This document shows, one piece after another, positions 50,562 to 64,000 of a stretch of 64,000 bases of DNA. Location of the stretch: contig JASANG010001881.1 of assembly GCA_030248215.1 (NCBI GenBank), positions 372,001-436,000 of the forward strand, read 5' to 3'. Source of the stretch: Enoplolaimus lenunculus. Its lineage: Eukaryota. Position 1 is the first letter of the stretch, and each line of letters starts with the position of its first letter. Position numbers and translations under genes: made by a program. The notes below the pieces were generated by a model that saw only the letters and a list, made by a program, of their open reading frames with translations, had not been told where the DNA came from and did no database searches.

Positions 50562-50933
50562 ACTTAAGCTAACATTAATGTGCGCTTTCAACCAAAGTCG
50601 TGTATGGTTCTTGAAATATCTTCGCTTTATTAACTAACAACTGTGTCCTAAGATTCCCTTTTCGGATTGAAAATATATTTTCGAAAAATTTTCACAGTGT
50701 TTATGTCGTTTGCAAATTCTGTATGAAAACGGCAGAACAATCATTTGACCATAACTCGTGATCTGTTTTACCAAGCGTGGGTGATATATAACATAACAAG
50801 ATTGTGCAACTAACTAGATTCTGTCTGTGCCAAAGAATTTACCCAGTGCACGTTGCGTTTTTGGCCGACCTCCAACTTATTTAGAGATGGGTATGTCACA
50901 CGCTACCCCGGTTATCACGTGAACGCCGCATAA

Positions 50934-51520
50934 TGCGGGGTTCACGTTATAACTGGGGCAGCATGGAACACGTTTTGTCCCTACGACTATATATATAGCT
51001 GGAACATTTTGTCTGACCGTTTATCTACTATCAGACTCAAAAAATTTGAATTGTCTGCTAACCTGATGTGACATCTGCTGTTTGTACTGCAGTATTATAT
51101 GATATTCCAAATATTGTCTGTGAGTATCATATGATATGTTTGAAAATGTCTGCAAAGTTGTGGTAAACTAGCTTGATTGTCGTGTAGAGTATCATGACAC
51201 TAAAATTTGAAATTTGAATTATACTTAGGAATATATTTTGGAAAAAATTCAGCGAAAAACGGAACGTAGAAGCTAATTCAACTTTCGAAATCATTTAATG
51301 ATGCATTATCTGACTTTTTAGTGTTTTATTAGCGCGCACAAATTCCATTGTCCTGCATATCGTGATATTTAGTAGAATTTTGGAATATCATGATATTCAC
51401 ATAAATGTCCCGCAGTATCATATGACAAATGGCTATTTGTATACAATGATTGCTTGAGATCAGTAATTTGCAAGTCAATAACGGGTTCCAAGCTGCCCCA
51501 GTTAAAACGTGAACCCGGTA
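50934..51520. mobile_element. TIR element with TAA TSD (TGCGGGGTTCACGT family)
   Basis: TGCGGGGTTCACGTTATAACTGGGGCAGC / GCTGCCCCAGTTAAAACGTGAACCCGGTA, with TAA on both flanks. Confidence 0.75.
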
Positions 51521-52158
51521 TAAGTCTAATGCGTATCATTAGAAATATTGAACATATGACATTCGCATAAACGTCCCGCAATATATGACGCGTGGCCATT
51601 ATCTATAAAATGATCATTGAGATCAGCGATTTGTAAGCCAATATTACGTTCACTGACATTTTGTCGTCATATCCGCTATTTAGATCACAAAATTTAATTG
51701 TTGACGTGTAATCAAAATGGATAAAACGTGTTCTAGGCGACTACACCAATTTATAACATGAACCACGCTTGATGGAAGCAGACGATTTTAATTCTACTCG
51801 AAACGCTCAAAAAATATAAACCAAAAATTTATTTTAAATAAACATATTAACCTTTAAACCTCAAAAGAATTAAAAACAAGGTATGTCATGCAAAGAAACA
51901 GGCAAAAAACAACAACTGGATATTGAGACATAATATATAAAAAGAAAGATAATAAAGTTAGGCCTAAGCTAAGCAATACTCATTATTCAAACTTGCGTAA
52001 GTACACTGTTAATGGTGCCGATTAGATGAAACCAACTCTTCATTTCAGTTCCAGAATTTATCCTGTTGTCTAACGTTACATAAATCCATTTTTCAACCGC
52101 GTCTTGAGACTACGACTTATACGAAATCTAGTATACAGTAACCTGAAACTAATTGTTA

Positions 52159-52296
52159 GGGTTGCATTATACTCGCCGTACGCCAGCGCGCGACACAATA
52201 AAAATTTAGCCGCACGCCGCCGTGAAACTATATTACCGCACGCCGCCCTGCGGCGGCGCCCCCCGGCATTCGGTTCAGTTAAGTATAGTGCGACCC
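52159..52296. mobile_element. GC-rich Harbinger-like MITE
   Basis: GGGTTGCATTATAC / GTATAGTGCGACCC with TTA/TAA flanks. Confidence 0.7.
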
Positions 52297-54109
52297 TAAG
52301 CCTATTTGAGCTAGACGCGAAGTATTCTATGTACAATGCTTTATATATTGTGTGCCCTAAACACCAATCTGATTAATTGGCACCGGAGACTTTCGAAGCG
52401 CTAGCCTATTTAGTGCAGAACGATTACCGGACAAAATACAATTTGATTGTATTAACAGAACCCAATACATGTTGCAAATGTCATTGGTTGGAATTGTTTT
52501 TGTTGCAGTTGCTGTTTGCACTGCACTTAACAACAATATTATCAATAGTTTGCAACGATCCAGTTACCGATTGGGCCAGGTGCTCACACAAACTATCACT
52601 ATTCTGAACATCTTAAACTTTTGCTAATTTTACCATCAAGATCTCTAAAAACAATACAAAACATTTAACAACCACAAACATAGTTACCATTAAGGAAGTA
52701 CACCATTCAACTACACATCCTATGTAGTAAAAACACAAAAATATCAATGTAACATTTTGATGCAAGCAAAAATACCAATGTACCATCTTATTTGAATCGT
52801 CCAATATTCAAACATATATAAGGACTCGAGCACTGCATTCATACCAAATTAATATAACAACATAGCAGGCGTCAGACAAAAACTACTTTTCACACGAAAC
52901 CGGAACAGGAATACATTTTTGCGCCGGAACCGGAATTGCGAAAAGACCCAAAATACAGCAAATTCACAATAACTCTAAATAAAATATGCTGTTGATCATC
53001 ATCTGTTTGCGTTTGCATTAAACCAACTTTACAAGTTTCACAGAAACATGCGTCAAATAATTGGAAATACGAGGGACATAGAAGACGAAAGACAAGCTAG
53101 AAACGGAATCTGTGTTTCGGTAAAACCATTTTGAGACAATTTTTAAACGGATTCTTTATAATTTGATACAACACCGTAAAAATTTCTGACACGATTTTTT
53201 ACTGGAAATTTATATTACCGGAACATGAACTCCGGTGGAACCGCATAGCTGCATATAAAAACGAAATATTTCGCCAAAAGATTCGAAAAATGCTATATAA
53301 ATCAACAAATGCCGTACCATTAGAAACATGAGCGTTCCCGAAACATTTGCCAAACTGGCACGTTCCAAACAAAGCCTACGGTCTAGGTTCACGTTAGACT
53401 TGGGTATAAACTTACATTAATGTGGTCACAATATACATCTGTTAATAATTTTAATGTCATCCAGTGCGGTCAGTGTTCGTCCGACGCCGTCCGTCACCGT
53501 ATGGTATCGTATATGCCCGAATTGCTTACATACCATACCACTCGACAACTAACAACGACGTACTGCGACTTGTGGCGCCTTACGACCGAAACAGCGCCCC
53601 CGTAACGCTTAATGTTTTGGACCCTGTCTTATACATGGGCCGTTCATTGTAAACAAACCATTAGCGCCAACGCAATACCTGTAAACCACCCTAAACTACA
53701 AAATGCCTAAACTTATCTTGTAAAATGTTTCTGAAACCAAATTTTCCAACTAACATACAAAACACAAATTTCGCTTTTCTGTTCATATTTCGTCCGCCGA
53801 CACAGTTTTATTATTGATATTTTATCAAATAACGCCCGTTACCCTCATACAATAAAATCATTTCACATACACCACCACACAATATACTACTGAATATTAC
53901 CTACATATCATGAACGCTTAAATTACAGCACGGGAGGGTGAGGCACTCACGGCAACGCTTGCTGATTGAATACAATAAATAATTTTCAAGTGCAGTGAAC
54001 TGAAATATGCTAACCGTTCATTTCCAGTGCTTGAGTAGTATATATTATAACCCCAGAACCTCAATATGTCGGCCCTTGTTTGATATATACCTTCAGTTCA
54101 TGGAACAAA

Positions 54110-54125
54110 ATAATAATAATAACAA

Positions 54126-54156
<31 letters not shown>

Positions 54157-54161
54157 AATAA
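54110..54161. repeat. (TAA)n microsatellite
   Basis: Imperfect TAA trinucleotide run. Confidence 0.9.
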
Positions 54162-55230
54162 AAACACGCAAAACTAAATTTTATCGTTTTAATAAACGTT
54201 GAATATAATCGTTTTAGAGTTTACATCGTTCAAAAACATTTGCTCATGCAAACTGCAACTCTGCCGTACAAAATACACAAAAATAATTATTACACAAAAT
54301 GAATTGTACCATACTTTTCGGCTTCGAAATTATGTATCGTTGATATAAATGAAGAAAAAACAAACAAAACGCATAATATATTATAATTAGAGTTAGTATC
54401 TCAATAGGAATGTGCCGATCAATCGGCATCGATAAAGATCGGCACTTTTCGTAAGTGTCGGCGTCGACACAGCAAAAAAATTGCCCATTCTTTGCCGATA
54501 CTTTTTGCAAATACAACAGTCAGTTGGAATGCTATCAGTTTCATTTCTGGGCGCATGGTCAGGAAAACTATATATCTTTCTTGCGTTTGTGTTTGAAAAA
54601 ATTAATTGAAATGAATCGTTCGTCTAAAGTTATAATCGTTTATGACGGTTAGGGTTTACGTCTTCATATAATGATACAATGAAGTATCCTATTTGTTTAT
54701 AAAGCATGACTAAAACTAAATCGGGATCGGTATCGGCAAAAATTTTAGTATCGGCACATCCCTAATTCTCGGGACAACCTTGTTCCCCACGAAAAGCTAA
54801 ACGTTGGTAGCATAAATTTCAAAACTTCACACAGCTGCCAACTGTTTCAAATTAGTTATCACTTCTTGTATATCTATTCGCCTTTAACACCAACAAAACT
54901 AATTGTTAATCAAATACAGCTAAAGAATTCCCTTAACTTAAACAACAGCCGAAAACCGATTCTAATACGGCGCACAATTCCAAGTCTCTATGCATCGCTT
55001 TTAAACGCAAACACAATTTCGCCAAAAATATCCCCCTCTTACTACTACTTTTTCTGTCACAACATTCTGTGTCCTTTCACGTACAGAAAACATCTACTTA
55101 ATCCAACAGGATCAGTATTTCATGGATCGGGATACCCACTCTTGTTTCCTCGATTCGTAAATCTCTCAATCCGTTATCCTTTTCACACCCACCATTACAC
55201 TTACCCAGCCACTACTGGTAATGGCTAACA

Positions 55231-56876
55231 TCATCGTGGCGAATGATGAGCAGCTAAATAATTTGCATACAACACTCGGGCTCGTCCAAGTACACGCGAA
55301 AGTGAATGTCGTTTCGCTAACCCGCTGTAGAAAATAGCAATTTCGTTAAATTCCATTCGTTGCGATATAATTTCATTACGATACAACAAAAGTAAACTCA
55401 AACAAACAAATAGTAAAAACGGACTTTTGTCGCCCAATTTTTCTGGATTCGGCAGTACACGAGCTGTCGCAGTTTCGACGTCAACATACTGAAATTCGTT
55501 TAAAACATTATTGTCATTATTATTATTATTATTGTTGTTGTTGTTGTTATTGTTGTGATTACTAGTATTATTACTGTTGTTGCTTTTGATTATGTTGTTA
55601 CGACCATAATTGTTACTAGCACTAACGGGAGCTGTATCCGACATGCATAGATCTTCTGACTCCAAGACGCCAACGTTATTCTCCAAAACATTACCATTGC
55701 AGCAATCGACCACATAACCAACAGAACACCTATCAGCCGAGATGTGATAACTACCAACCCCGAGTCCAGAAACAGACAACAGATCACTGCGAGCACCAAC
55801 ATTCCCAGCTTTAACGGCGGCTGTTACCTGAGCGTTTGGCAAACATTCGCAAACGGAACAACGACACAAGCTAGCCAGCTCCAAAGGTCTAACCCCTAAG
55901 CCCACTTTGCCAATCTGGGCCGCATCAACCATAGCCGCCAGTTCTCCTTTCCGTTCACTTTCCGCTTCCTTAATCGCCACCCTCGCATCTCGTTGTATCT
56001 CTGGTTTTCCTTTTACGTTCTCACTTTTTACTTCATCTCTATTGAAAATTGCTACGTTAGCATCACTCAGGACACGTTCACCAGTCTGTCCATACTGTTC
56101 CAAACTCTCTCGCGTTTGTCCATCTGCTTCACCAGGTGCCACCACCCATTCACTTTGGCGATCCGATACCGAAGTCCGGCTACTACCACCGCCATAAGTA
56201 CTGGCGCTACTCGCCAGCTCGGCACTGACCGCTTCAGCATCCCGTGGGGTTAATGATAATGACATACGCCCGTTCCGAAGCAATTCTAGCTCTACAGCGT
56301 GGCCATAGTCGCCATCGTTACCCTCACTAACGCTCAAAGAACCGACGACATGTGCTTTTAGACTATTTTCTCTAGCGCTTTCAGCTTCACAAGGAGCAAC
56401 AATGCTCAATGGACTGGCGACAAGTGCTTTTACAGTAGATGCCTCGCCACCACTGTCAATCTCATAATGGCAAACCGGAGTAACATTCACTGTACCTTCT
56501 TGATTCACAACAAGCGTCGAAACAAATACATCTTCCGACATTGAGACATCGATTTTGGTGTCCGGTTTGAAGTTAAATGCTACCGCCTCAACCGGGTTCA
56601 CTTCAACACTAAAAGGCGGCGCCATAGCCCTAAAATCTTGCCTGGAAATAATTTCCGTGCCAGTACCAGCGCTCACTGACGTCGGAACAGAGAGATTCTT
56701 TACTGAAGTAGAGATCGTTTTACTAGCTTGGCTTACCAAAGTGTCTTCAGCGTTTGAAGTATCCCGTGTTGTTGTATTTTGCTCAATTTCAGTACTGAGC
56801 GTAGTTGATTTCGACATAATGGTGCTGCTGTAACAGTTATCACCATTTTTGTTATTATTTTTACTATTATCATTGC

Positions 56877-56931
<55 letters not shown>

Positions 56932-59900
56932 ATTGTTGTTGCTACCCACAAGCCGCAGATTAAAGTACCGCCACGCGGAATTATTTTGAATAACATCGCA
57001 AATCTCATCAAATGTAAACAAATCGTCTTCGGTCGGCTCATGCGAGTTACGGGTTGGAATCGACAAAGATTCGCTATTGCTGAGTAAATAATCAAGCTCT
57101 CCTATATATTCCTGAGAGACTTTTGTCTTACACAACAGGCTGGCAGGTGCCGGGGTACACCAGTTTAACTCAGGGTCTTTTAAAGTATCACGGGCGACAG
57201 GAATTTCGTTGATTCCTTGCAAAGTTGATGAATAGTCATGCATAGGACTAGGATTATAACTATCGGATACCTGATATACAGTTGCTGCTACTTTTGTTTC
57301 AGGAATCGCACAGGAAATGTCAGACGGTGTTTGAAACGATAAACAAACCAATGAATGTTGAGCAGTAATATTTGTTGGTCTCCAATCAGATGAGGTAATT
57401 GTGTTATAATGCACTGGCAGGAATGTTTCTTGTCGTTGGCAGTGCGAGTTTTGAGCAATTAGTGAACTTTTGGCAAACTGAAGTAAACAATATAAAAACA
57501 AAATATAATCAATACGGGGTATTCGCTCGGTCACGGTGGAACGAAGGGCATCAACCGGGGCCCCTCGGTTTGCAACCGGGGGATGGATTTTGAGTGGCAG
57601 GGGGTTGCAGAATTTTCATAAAGAAATTAATTATATTTTTCACAAGTTGGTTAGCATATTTTAACTTTACGTTCGACATTAGAATGTAGGTTAAACTGAA
57701 CTCAGTTTTGTGCATTAGATTTCCTATCCTGAAAGGGCCCGTGTAAAGATTACAGGAGGAGAGTTTTTCTGTGTGACTAGACTAAAATAAGCTTAAGCTT
57801 AGGAATATGCTCATTTTTTCGATTAACTTTAGGCTTAGGCTTAGGAATAGGCTTATGATACTGTTCCGCCCCTGTTCTTCACATTAGCCCCTGAAACAAA
57901 TGCTGTAACACAAATGGTTGTAAGTTTTATTATATATTTTGCAGGAGGATCAAACCGTTTTAGGTTCATATTAAATTGACCGAGGCTATTTATTTTTGTA
58001 TAAAATAAACCACTTACCGGTTCAACTATGCCTCCTTCAACTTCTTGACGACATTCACGACGGTTCGTAACATTATACACAAGTTTAGTCTGCTGTGTGG
58101 CAGATATTGTCTGAGCAACTGAGCACTGCTTCGGTGAACGCTCTACGATGAGCTCAATAGAAGTTTCTGTAACACATTGTGACCCGTCATCGACCTTCAA
58201 AGAGCGCTTAGGATACACACAGTCGCTGTGAAAACTACCCTCACTGCAACTTACCACCGGCGCTTTACTCAAATTTTTATTTGTACAGCTGCGCTCAAAT
58301 GCCACGGGCACATTGTCCGCCGATTTCTCACACAATAAACCATAATTGTGATCGTCATCACGACAAACACCAGTGGTAACCAGGGCACCAGTTTTCTCAC
58401 CAAACAGCCGAGAGTCCAATCTTTGTCGATCGCCATTACGAATTCTACAACCATCTCCACTGACATCAACCTGATGCGCAGCGAATTCTCGACGCCTCCC
58501 GCTACAGCTAGTCGCCCTGCTTACCCGTGAACTAATCGCGCTATCCTTCGAGCCGCTTATCTCGCTCACCCGTGACGACAGAGCAGACTCTTCAAACCTT
58601 TGTCCAAGCTCACCCCCACCAGCTCCACCTCCAGGCTTCGCCAGCTTCCTCGGCGAGCCTGACCCACGACTCGACGACGTCTCAGACGCTCGGCTACTCG
58701 CTCCAGACGACGAGATCGACCGTCTAGACGTTTTGTCTCGATCAAAATTCGTTATTGATGATCCTCTTTGGCCGACTTCACCCCTGCCCATTTCAGCACC
58801 ATAGCGGCCACAATCACCTGCTCCCAAAGTCTTCGCCAGCTTGACCGGTGAACCCGACCCACGACTGGATCCTGAACCACGACTCGATGCCGAAGTCTCA
58901 GACGCGCGACTGCTCGCTCCAGACGACGAGACCGAGTTCACGCCTTGTCCAGACGGCTTGTCTGGGGGGTCAACCGTAGCCGTCGTTGCGGACGAACACA
59001 GTGAGCTGGGCGCAGACGCGTAGCAACAATCGTTACCGTTCGCCAGCCACCGGGACACCGTCTCATAGCGGCTCTTATGCTTCTCGCTTCGCAAACCAAA
59101 TCCACAACTGGCAGAGCAGATGTGTTGATGATGCTCCGTTATTATTAAATTCTCACCCGTGACACCATGAAATGATTTATCACAGAGTGGCGATTTCGAT
59201 TTAACAGATGGCGTTCGAACTTCATGCTCAGCAATGCTATGTGTCACCTCGAAGCATTCTTCCGGTTGAGTGGCCGCTGAGAAAAATCCTGGCACAGAAA
59301 TATCGACGTCGTAGAGATCTACCGGTTTGAGCATTTCGTCATAGCCGTATAGCGGATAAGAACACCAGAGTATCTGTAAATAACAATTATCAATAAAAAA
59401 TTACCGCCGCTCAACTTTGTAACACTAAATAATAGGAAACGAATGGCCTATTCTACTTTTAGCATTTTGCAGCTAATTTAAAATGCATTCAGTTTCATTT
59501 GCTGCCACATATATACAGCGCTGCGGCTGATCATAAAACTGTGTGATGTTTGTTACATAATTGTCTGTGAGAAAAAATTGATTGAAATGAACAGTTCTTA
59601 TAGTATTATAGTTGGATGCAGGTGTTACATTTAATGTGTTCGCGTTTTAAATTGCGTCATATGAATCCCGTCACACACTATGGCCAATATATATGCATAT
59701 AAACATATATGTAATATATAATATATATAATATATATAATATATATGTGTATATATATCGAGAAGGCTTTTTACCTCGTACAATCTTAGCGCTTCGTCAA
59801 ACGCAAACTCCCGCTTGAGTTCGAGCAAAAACCATCGATAACAAAACAACAAATCATCAGCGTTCACGTCAGCCAAATATTCAGCGAATACAGGATCATA

Positions 59901-62625
59901 GAAATTTAATAAAGCGTTTAAATGGCGAAATTTCGTTGTAATCGCGTGACCATCCAGGGCAAAATTCGGTGCCATACGACGCATCAATGCACAAAAACAC
60001 ACGTATGCATCGATTTCATTGTCAAGGGCAACCAGTAACGGAGAAGCGATGTCAGACATTGCCTACAAAACGTACCATTCATGATAATAATTCGATATTA
60101 ATAATAAATAGGTTTCCAAAATGTTACTCAAATATATGGTTTAACTTATGCTCAAAAACACACATTTCGACTACAAAGAATACAATATGAAATAAAACAT
60201 AAATACTTTTGGTAGAATATTTTCAACTCTATGTGCAGCTATAATATGAGTGACGTTAACCTTGTCGTACGACGCCATCCATGATCATCCGTCACCGTTT
60301 ATTGTGATGTCTTCAAAATTTGGCGTTCAAATATGCATCTCAATCGAGTATCTAAAGTACGTCGCGAGAACTAAGCATGACGCTGTCAAAAGATTTTGGT
60401 TTACAAAATTGTTAAGGTGGCGCTATGCAGCAATTCACGTGAGTTGCCGGATGGCGCCGTATGGACATTGAAAATAGCCAAAAACTATAACGCCATTGTC
60501 AAACTTACTTGACAATAAGACACATCAGGATGCGTGAGCGCATAAGTGACCAAAATATTGAGCAACGCGAGCAAATGCCGACTTGAAGCTTCGCTACCCG
60601 TTCCACTACCAGATGAGCTCTCTAACGCTGGCTGGAGATGGTCGACTGTTCGTCCGTGTGGGTCTACAGTATTGTTGCCTATTAGACAACCGGCTGTTTT
60701 CTCAGTCTGGCAAGAGGGGATGTCTAGACGTTTTAAACTCCGCCTTAGCCGCGATTTAAAGCGTTGATTTAGCGAGTCGCTGTGGCTTGATTCGCCTGAA
60801 CTATTTGTCGCGTTTCTTGCTTTAGAGTCGCTCTTAAAATACGGATGCTTACGGTCAGTTCTTTCAACATCTTTACGAACCATATTTATTACAGTTCGTA
60901 ACTCATCTGACAGCCGGTGAGAATGTTCGTGAACATGTGACTGCCACGCGTATTTCATTCGGTGATAAGTAGAGCGAAGGGTAGCTATGTACTTGGTACC
61001 TTCTCCGACAAAGGTTCTAAACGGATCGAGCAAGTATGGCCAGACTAACCGCCGGGCATCAGGGGCAAGGCCTCGGTGAAACACAGCCGTTCTCAGCACA
61101 CGCTGAATTCGAAGACAATCTGAACGTGAATTTAGCAACGCTGCTTTTCGTAACGGCACAAAATAGCAACGTTTCAGCTCACTTACTCCAATTTCAGCTC
61201 CTTTCACTGACAATCTATCAGTTATAACCGTCTCTTCATGTAAGACCCCACACTTAACCGGACACCAACAATCACACCGTGGATTATTTCTTACCGAACC
61301 CTCACACCAACCCATATCCCCGCAGGTCTTTTGAGACACGACCCTCTCGCACCCAAAGGCGAATTGACACACTGATTGATCATCCAAAATAGGACATATC
61401 TCGTTTTGGTCCATAGACAGCACATTTTCTCGCTGTCTCCCTTGATGGCCTGACATCGAAACCGTTTCAATGTACGTTCGAAGCTGTGATACCACCCCAG
61501 CAGTGCATGACTGTTCACCAATCAGAGACAGCGAATCTTCCGCTCCAAAACCACTACTAAACACCTCAACCAATCGTTTAATCAAACCTGTTAACGATAG
61601 GGACGAAACCGGCGTTGACTTCGACGAAAGTTGTTCATCGTCTGAGCGTTGTTGTTGGCTCGATAATCTCAACTGGGGTTGAAACTCCAAATGGCTATAG
61701 CTAGCGACTTCAAACGACACCGTGTCCGCAACAACCGAAATGTCATAACAACTTGAATGAGCAGTAATCGAGTATTCAATTACGGGACGAGCGCCATCCA
61801 ATTCAACAATCGATTCGATATCTTCAAGCTCAACAATATCCCATTCGTCCGGTTCTGCAAAAAAAGCCAAAAGCAATTTTGGTGCTAAATCTTAATACAA
61901 AACTTTTGTTTTGATCTCTGTTGGGTGCCGCCTACGCCTGGGTATTTCTTTCGGTTGGTGTTCGCTTTAAAAATTTTCACGTGAATTTAAATATCTTAAA
62001 CACGCGGATGCCAGAACCTTCGGGACGCCCGCAATTAATTATTCGGTATTTTCGGTATTGAAATTTTTTCTCACTCGAAAATATAAAAAAATTGGCATAT
62101 TATTCTAACTTGACAAAATTTTAAATTTGTGCCATACTCCATAATTTATCATAAATAATGTTTCCACTTAGTGCATTTGTTTCAGGATTTGGGCATTGTA
62201 ACAGGTGTGTTTACAGTATTAAAAGCGATAAAATAGCATTAAAAAGGATTTTTCGGTAACAAGTATTTCTATTTTGCAGGTTCTGGCTCCGGTTCCGGTA
62301 TTATATAATTCCGGTTGCACCCTGCTGAATACATATTCGAATACATTCAGGTTTCGATATTTCAAAATTCACACGTTTCTAGTGTCTGCATAAGCTTAGA
62401 TCCGCTATGTCGAAATGTCACGAGAGTACAGGTTTCGTTTTATACAACAGTTTTATGGATATGAAAGAAGGAATTTTTCAAAGTCAAGATTTAAATTCGG
62501 CCGCACCGCAACTGGACTCCGACTCAAGATCGGCGAATACGCGGGTTTGCCAACGTCACCCAGCTCCTACCCTCCCCCCAAACAACACACTTACCATATT
62601 CGTACTCACAGCACCCGTTGGTCAT
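55231..62625 (-). CDS. TBC1D25: TBC1D25/OATL1-like Rab GTPase-activating protein, about 1755 aa, 5 exons
   Basis: Exons 62625-62595 (least certain), 61854-60509, 60062-59775, 59373-58018, 57477-55231. LIR-like DEWDIV. TBC motifs AVFHRGLAPDARRLVWPYLL, VRKDVERTDRKHPYF, TYALTHPDVSYCQ|AMSDIASP, ADDLLFCYRWFLLELKREFAFDEALRLYE|ILW. TBC1D25-type C-terminus LPNPEKLGDKSPFLLFVCL..RHSLSRVLGRARVLYANYL. Confidence 0.88.
57736..57889 (+). mobile_element. Telomere-repeat MITE, subfamily 1 (in a TBC1D25 intron)
   Basis: TSD CCTGAAAG/CCTGAAAC. Confidence 0.8.
62040..62324. mobile_element. Truncated hAT-like MITE (CAGGGTGCAACCGG family)
   Basis: Ends ATTCCGGTTGCACCCTG. Homologous to about 12480-12890. Confidence 0.7.
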
Positions 62626-64000
62626 TTTCGTCGTCAGTCACCCCTCGTGTTTTGATGCCGTGCGACAGACCAGCCCCACATTCGATTGTAACCAATTCGT
62701 CATGAAACGATTTCGCCAAACCGGTACTGACGTTGCCCGAAATTACATACGTCACCACACTCTCGTACACACGCACTCACGCTACAGTACTAAAAAACCT
62801 ACAACTATTAAATACTTAATAATTTCACATTTGCCCTGAAAAGCAATAATACTTACACTTACCCCAGGGTACAATTGGAACCAGACACCAAAACCAAAGT
62901 CAACTAAGTTGGCTTTAACGGAGCCGCAGCGGATGGTGACCTCCGGTAAAATCCGTGGCCAAAATTCCACGGTCTTGATTATTTTTAAGCCGATAGCAAA
63001 AAAAAAGATGTTTTACGTTTCCCAAATACAAAATGCTTTCATACTGAAAATCACGCTTCTGCGGCATCGTTCGATGTCGACCACGCGATCCAGGTTCGGT
63101 TATTTGTTTTGAAGTTCAAAATCTATTGACATCAAACCGCATGCCGCCGTGTCCCGGCTCGCGGCGGCGTCCGTCGGCGTCCGGCTCAGTAGAGGATAGC
63201 GCAACCATTAGGGTTGCGCTATACGTACTTTACTGTGCCGGACGCCATCGGGCGCCGCATGCGCGGTGGCGTACGGCGCAGCGTAGCGAGAATTACGCCA
63301 CGTTTCGTAGCAAAAAGCTTTTATCTCCGCCTAATAACTGACTTGGCAATCCAGCTAATTTTATTCACACTATGATTGAGCAACACACGCGTAACTCGCA
63401 TTTGATTTCACAAGGAGATAATCTGGCCTAACAATTTTGTGGAAACCAGCGAGAAAATTGGTAGGGGGGTGGGGGGAGAAAATCCCACTGTCCCCCCCCC
63501 CAAGTATACATACACTCTCGATGAGCAATACACCCTGTATTTAAGACGGCAGCAAAAATACAACCCACCGCTGTGCTCAACATTACAACTTTATTAATTA
63601 TTGTTGCCAGCGACAAAATTGCCTACAAATCTCTGACCGGTATTCAACAGCCGAATACAGAGATACAGTTGCCGAAACCTGGTTTTCCCAAAGAACAACC
63701 AGGGCATTCGCCAAAATCCCAGATTTACCAACATCACGTGCCCCCAGTTGCAGATTTAAAAATTTTGTGAACGGTGGTGCACACAATATATCTTATCATA
63801 ATACGTATATTACAGCGATAAAAGCTAACAATCAAAGCGACCGCTAAGCCAACCGCAATATTATCACTTAATCTTAATACGCCATTTTGGTTTCGATCCG
63901 TGTTCGGATACAAGTTTCAATCCATGTTCGAATACAACTGCCCGAGTGAGTCCCCCTTGAAACCGCCGATGCTTGAGCTTATGCATATAATAGCTTATAC

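Noticed and set aside
56733..57095. Poly-Ile ORF and other shadow ORFs overlapping TBC1D25, the mucin and the SEA exons
   Set aside because: They are alternative-frame or antisense readings of low-complexity coding exons.
1..64000. Autonomous transposase or reverse-transcriptase gene
   Set aside because: No ORF with recognisable DDE, Rep/Hel or RT motifs. All elements seen are non-autonomous.

Overview
AT-rich eukaryotic DNA with many introns and repeats, most likely from a nematode (abundant TTAGGC telomere hexamers, TTTCAG/TTTTAG splice acceptors; the taxon is inferred). Five spliced genes were rebuilt by hand with consistent exon phases: (1) a Rubicon-family autophagy regulator (-, 15 exons, about 524 aa, no RUN domain seen); (2) a secreted, probably GPI-anchored pepsin-family protein with both catalytic motifs degenerate (DTTS/NTTS) (+, 9 exons, about 427 aa); (3) a small Thr-rich, probably GPI-anchored mucin (-, 3 exons); (4) a type II membrane SEA-domain/mucin protein (-, 6 exons); (5) a very long TBC1D25/OATL1-like RabGAP (-, 5 exons, about 1755 aa). 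Introns and intergenic DNA are packed with non-autonomous elements whose terminal inverted repeats (TIRs) and target-site duplications (TSDs) can be read directly. The most unusual are a GGCC-ended, 8-bp-TSD MITE family carrying TTAGGC telomeric repeats (about 20 copies, often nested in itself) and a TTAA/piggyBac-type MITE carrying a tRNA-derived Pol III A/B-box cassette (5 copies). CACTG (2-bp TSD), hAT-like and Harbinger-like MITEs, a mini-Helitron, a tRNA-derived SINE and two minisatellites are also present. All gene models and family assignments were made by eye, without database searches.
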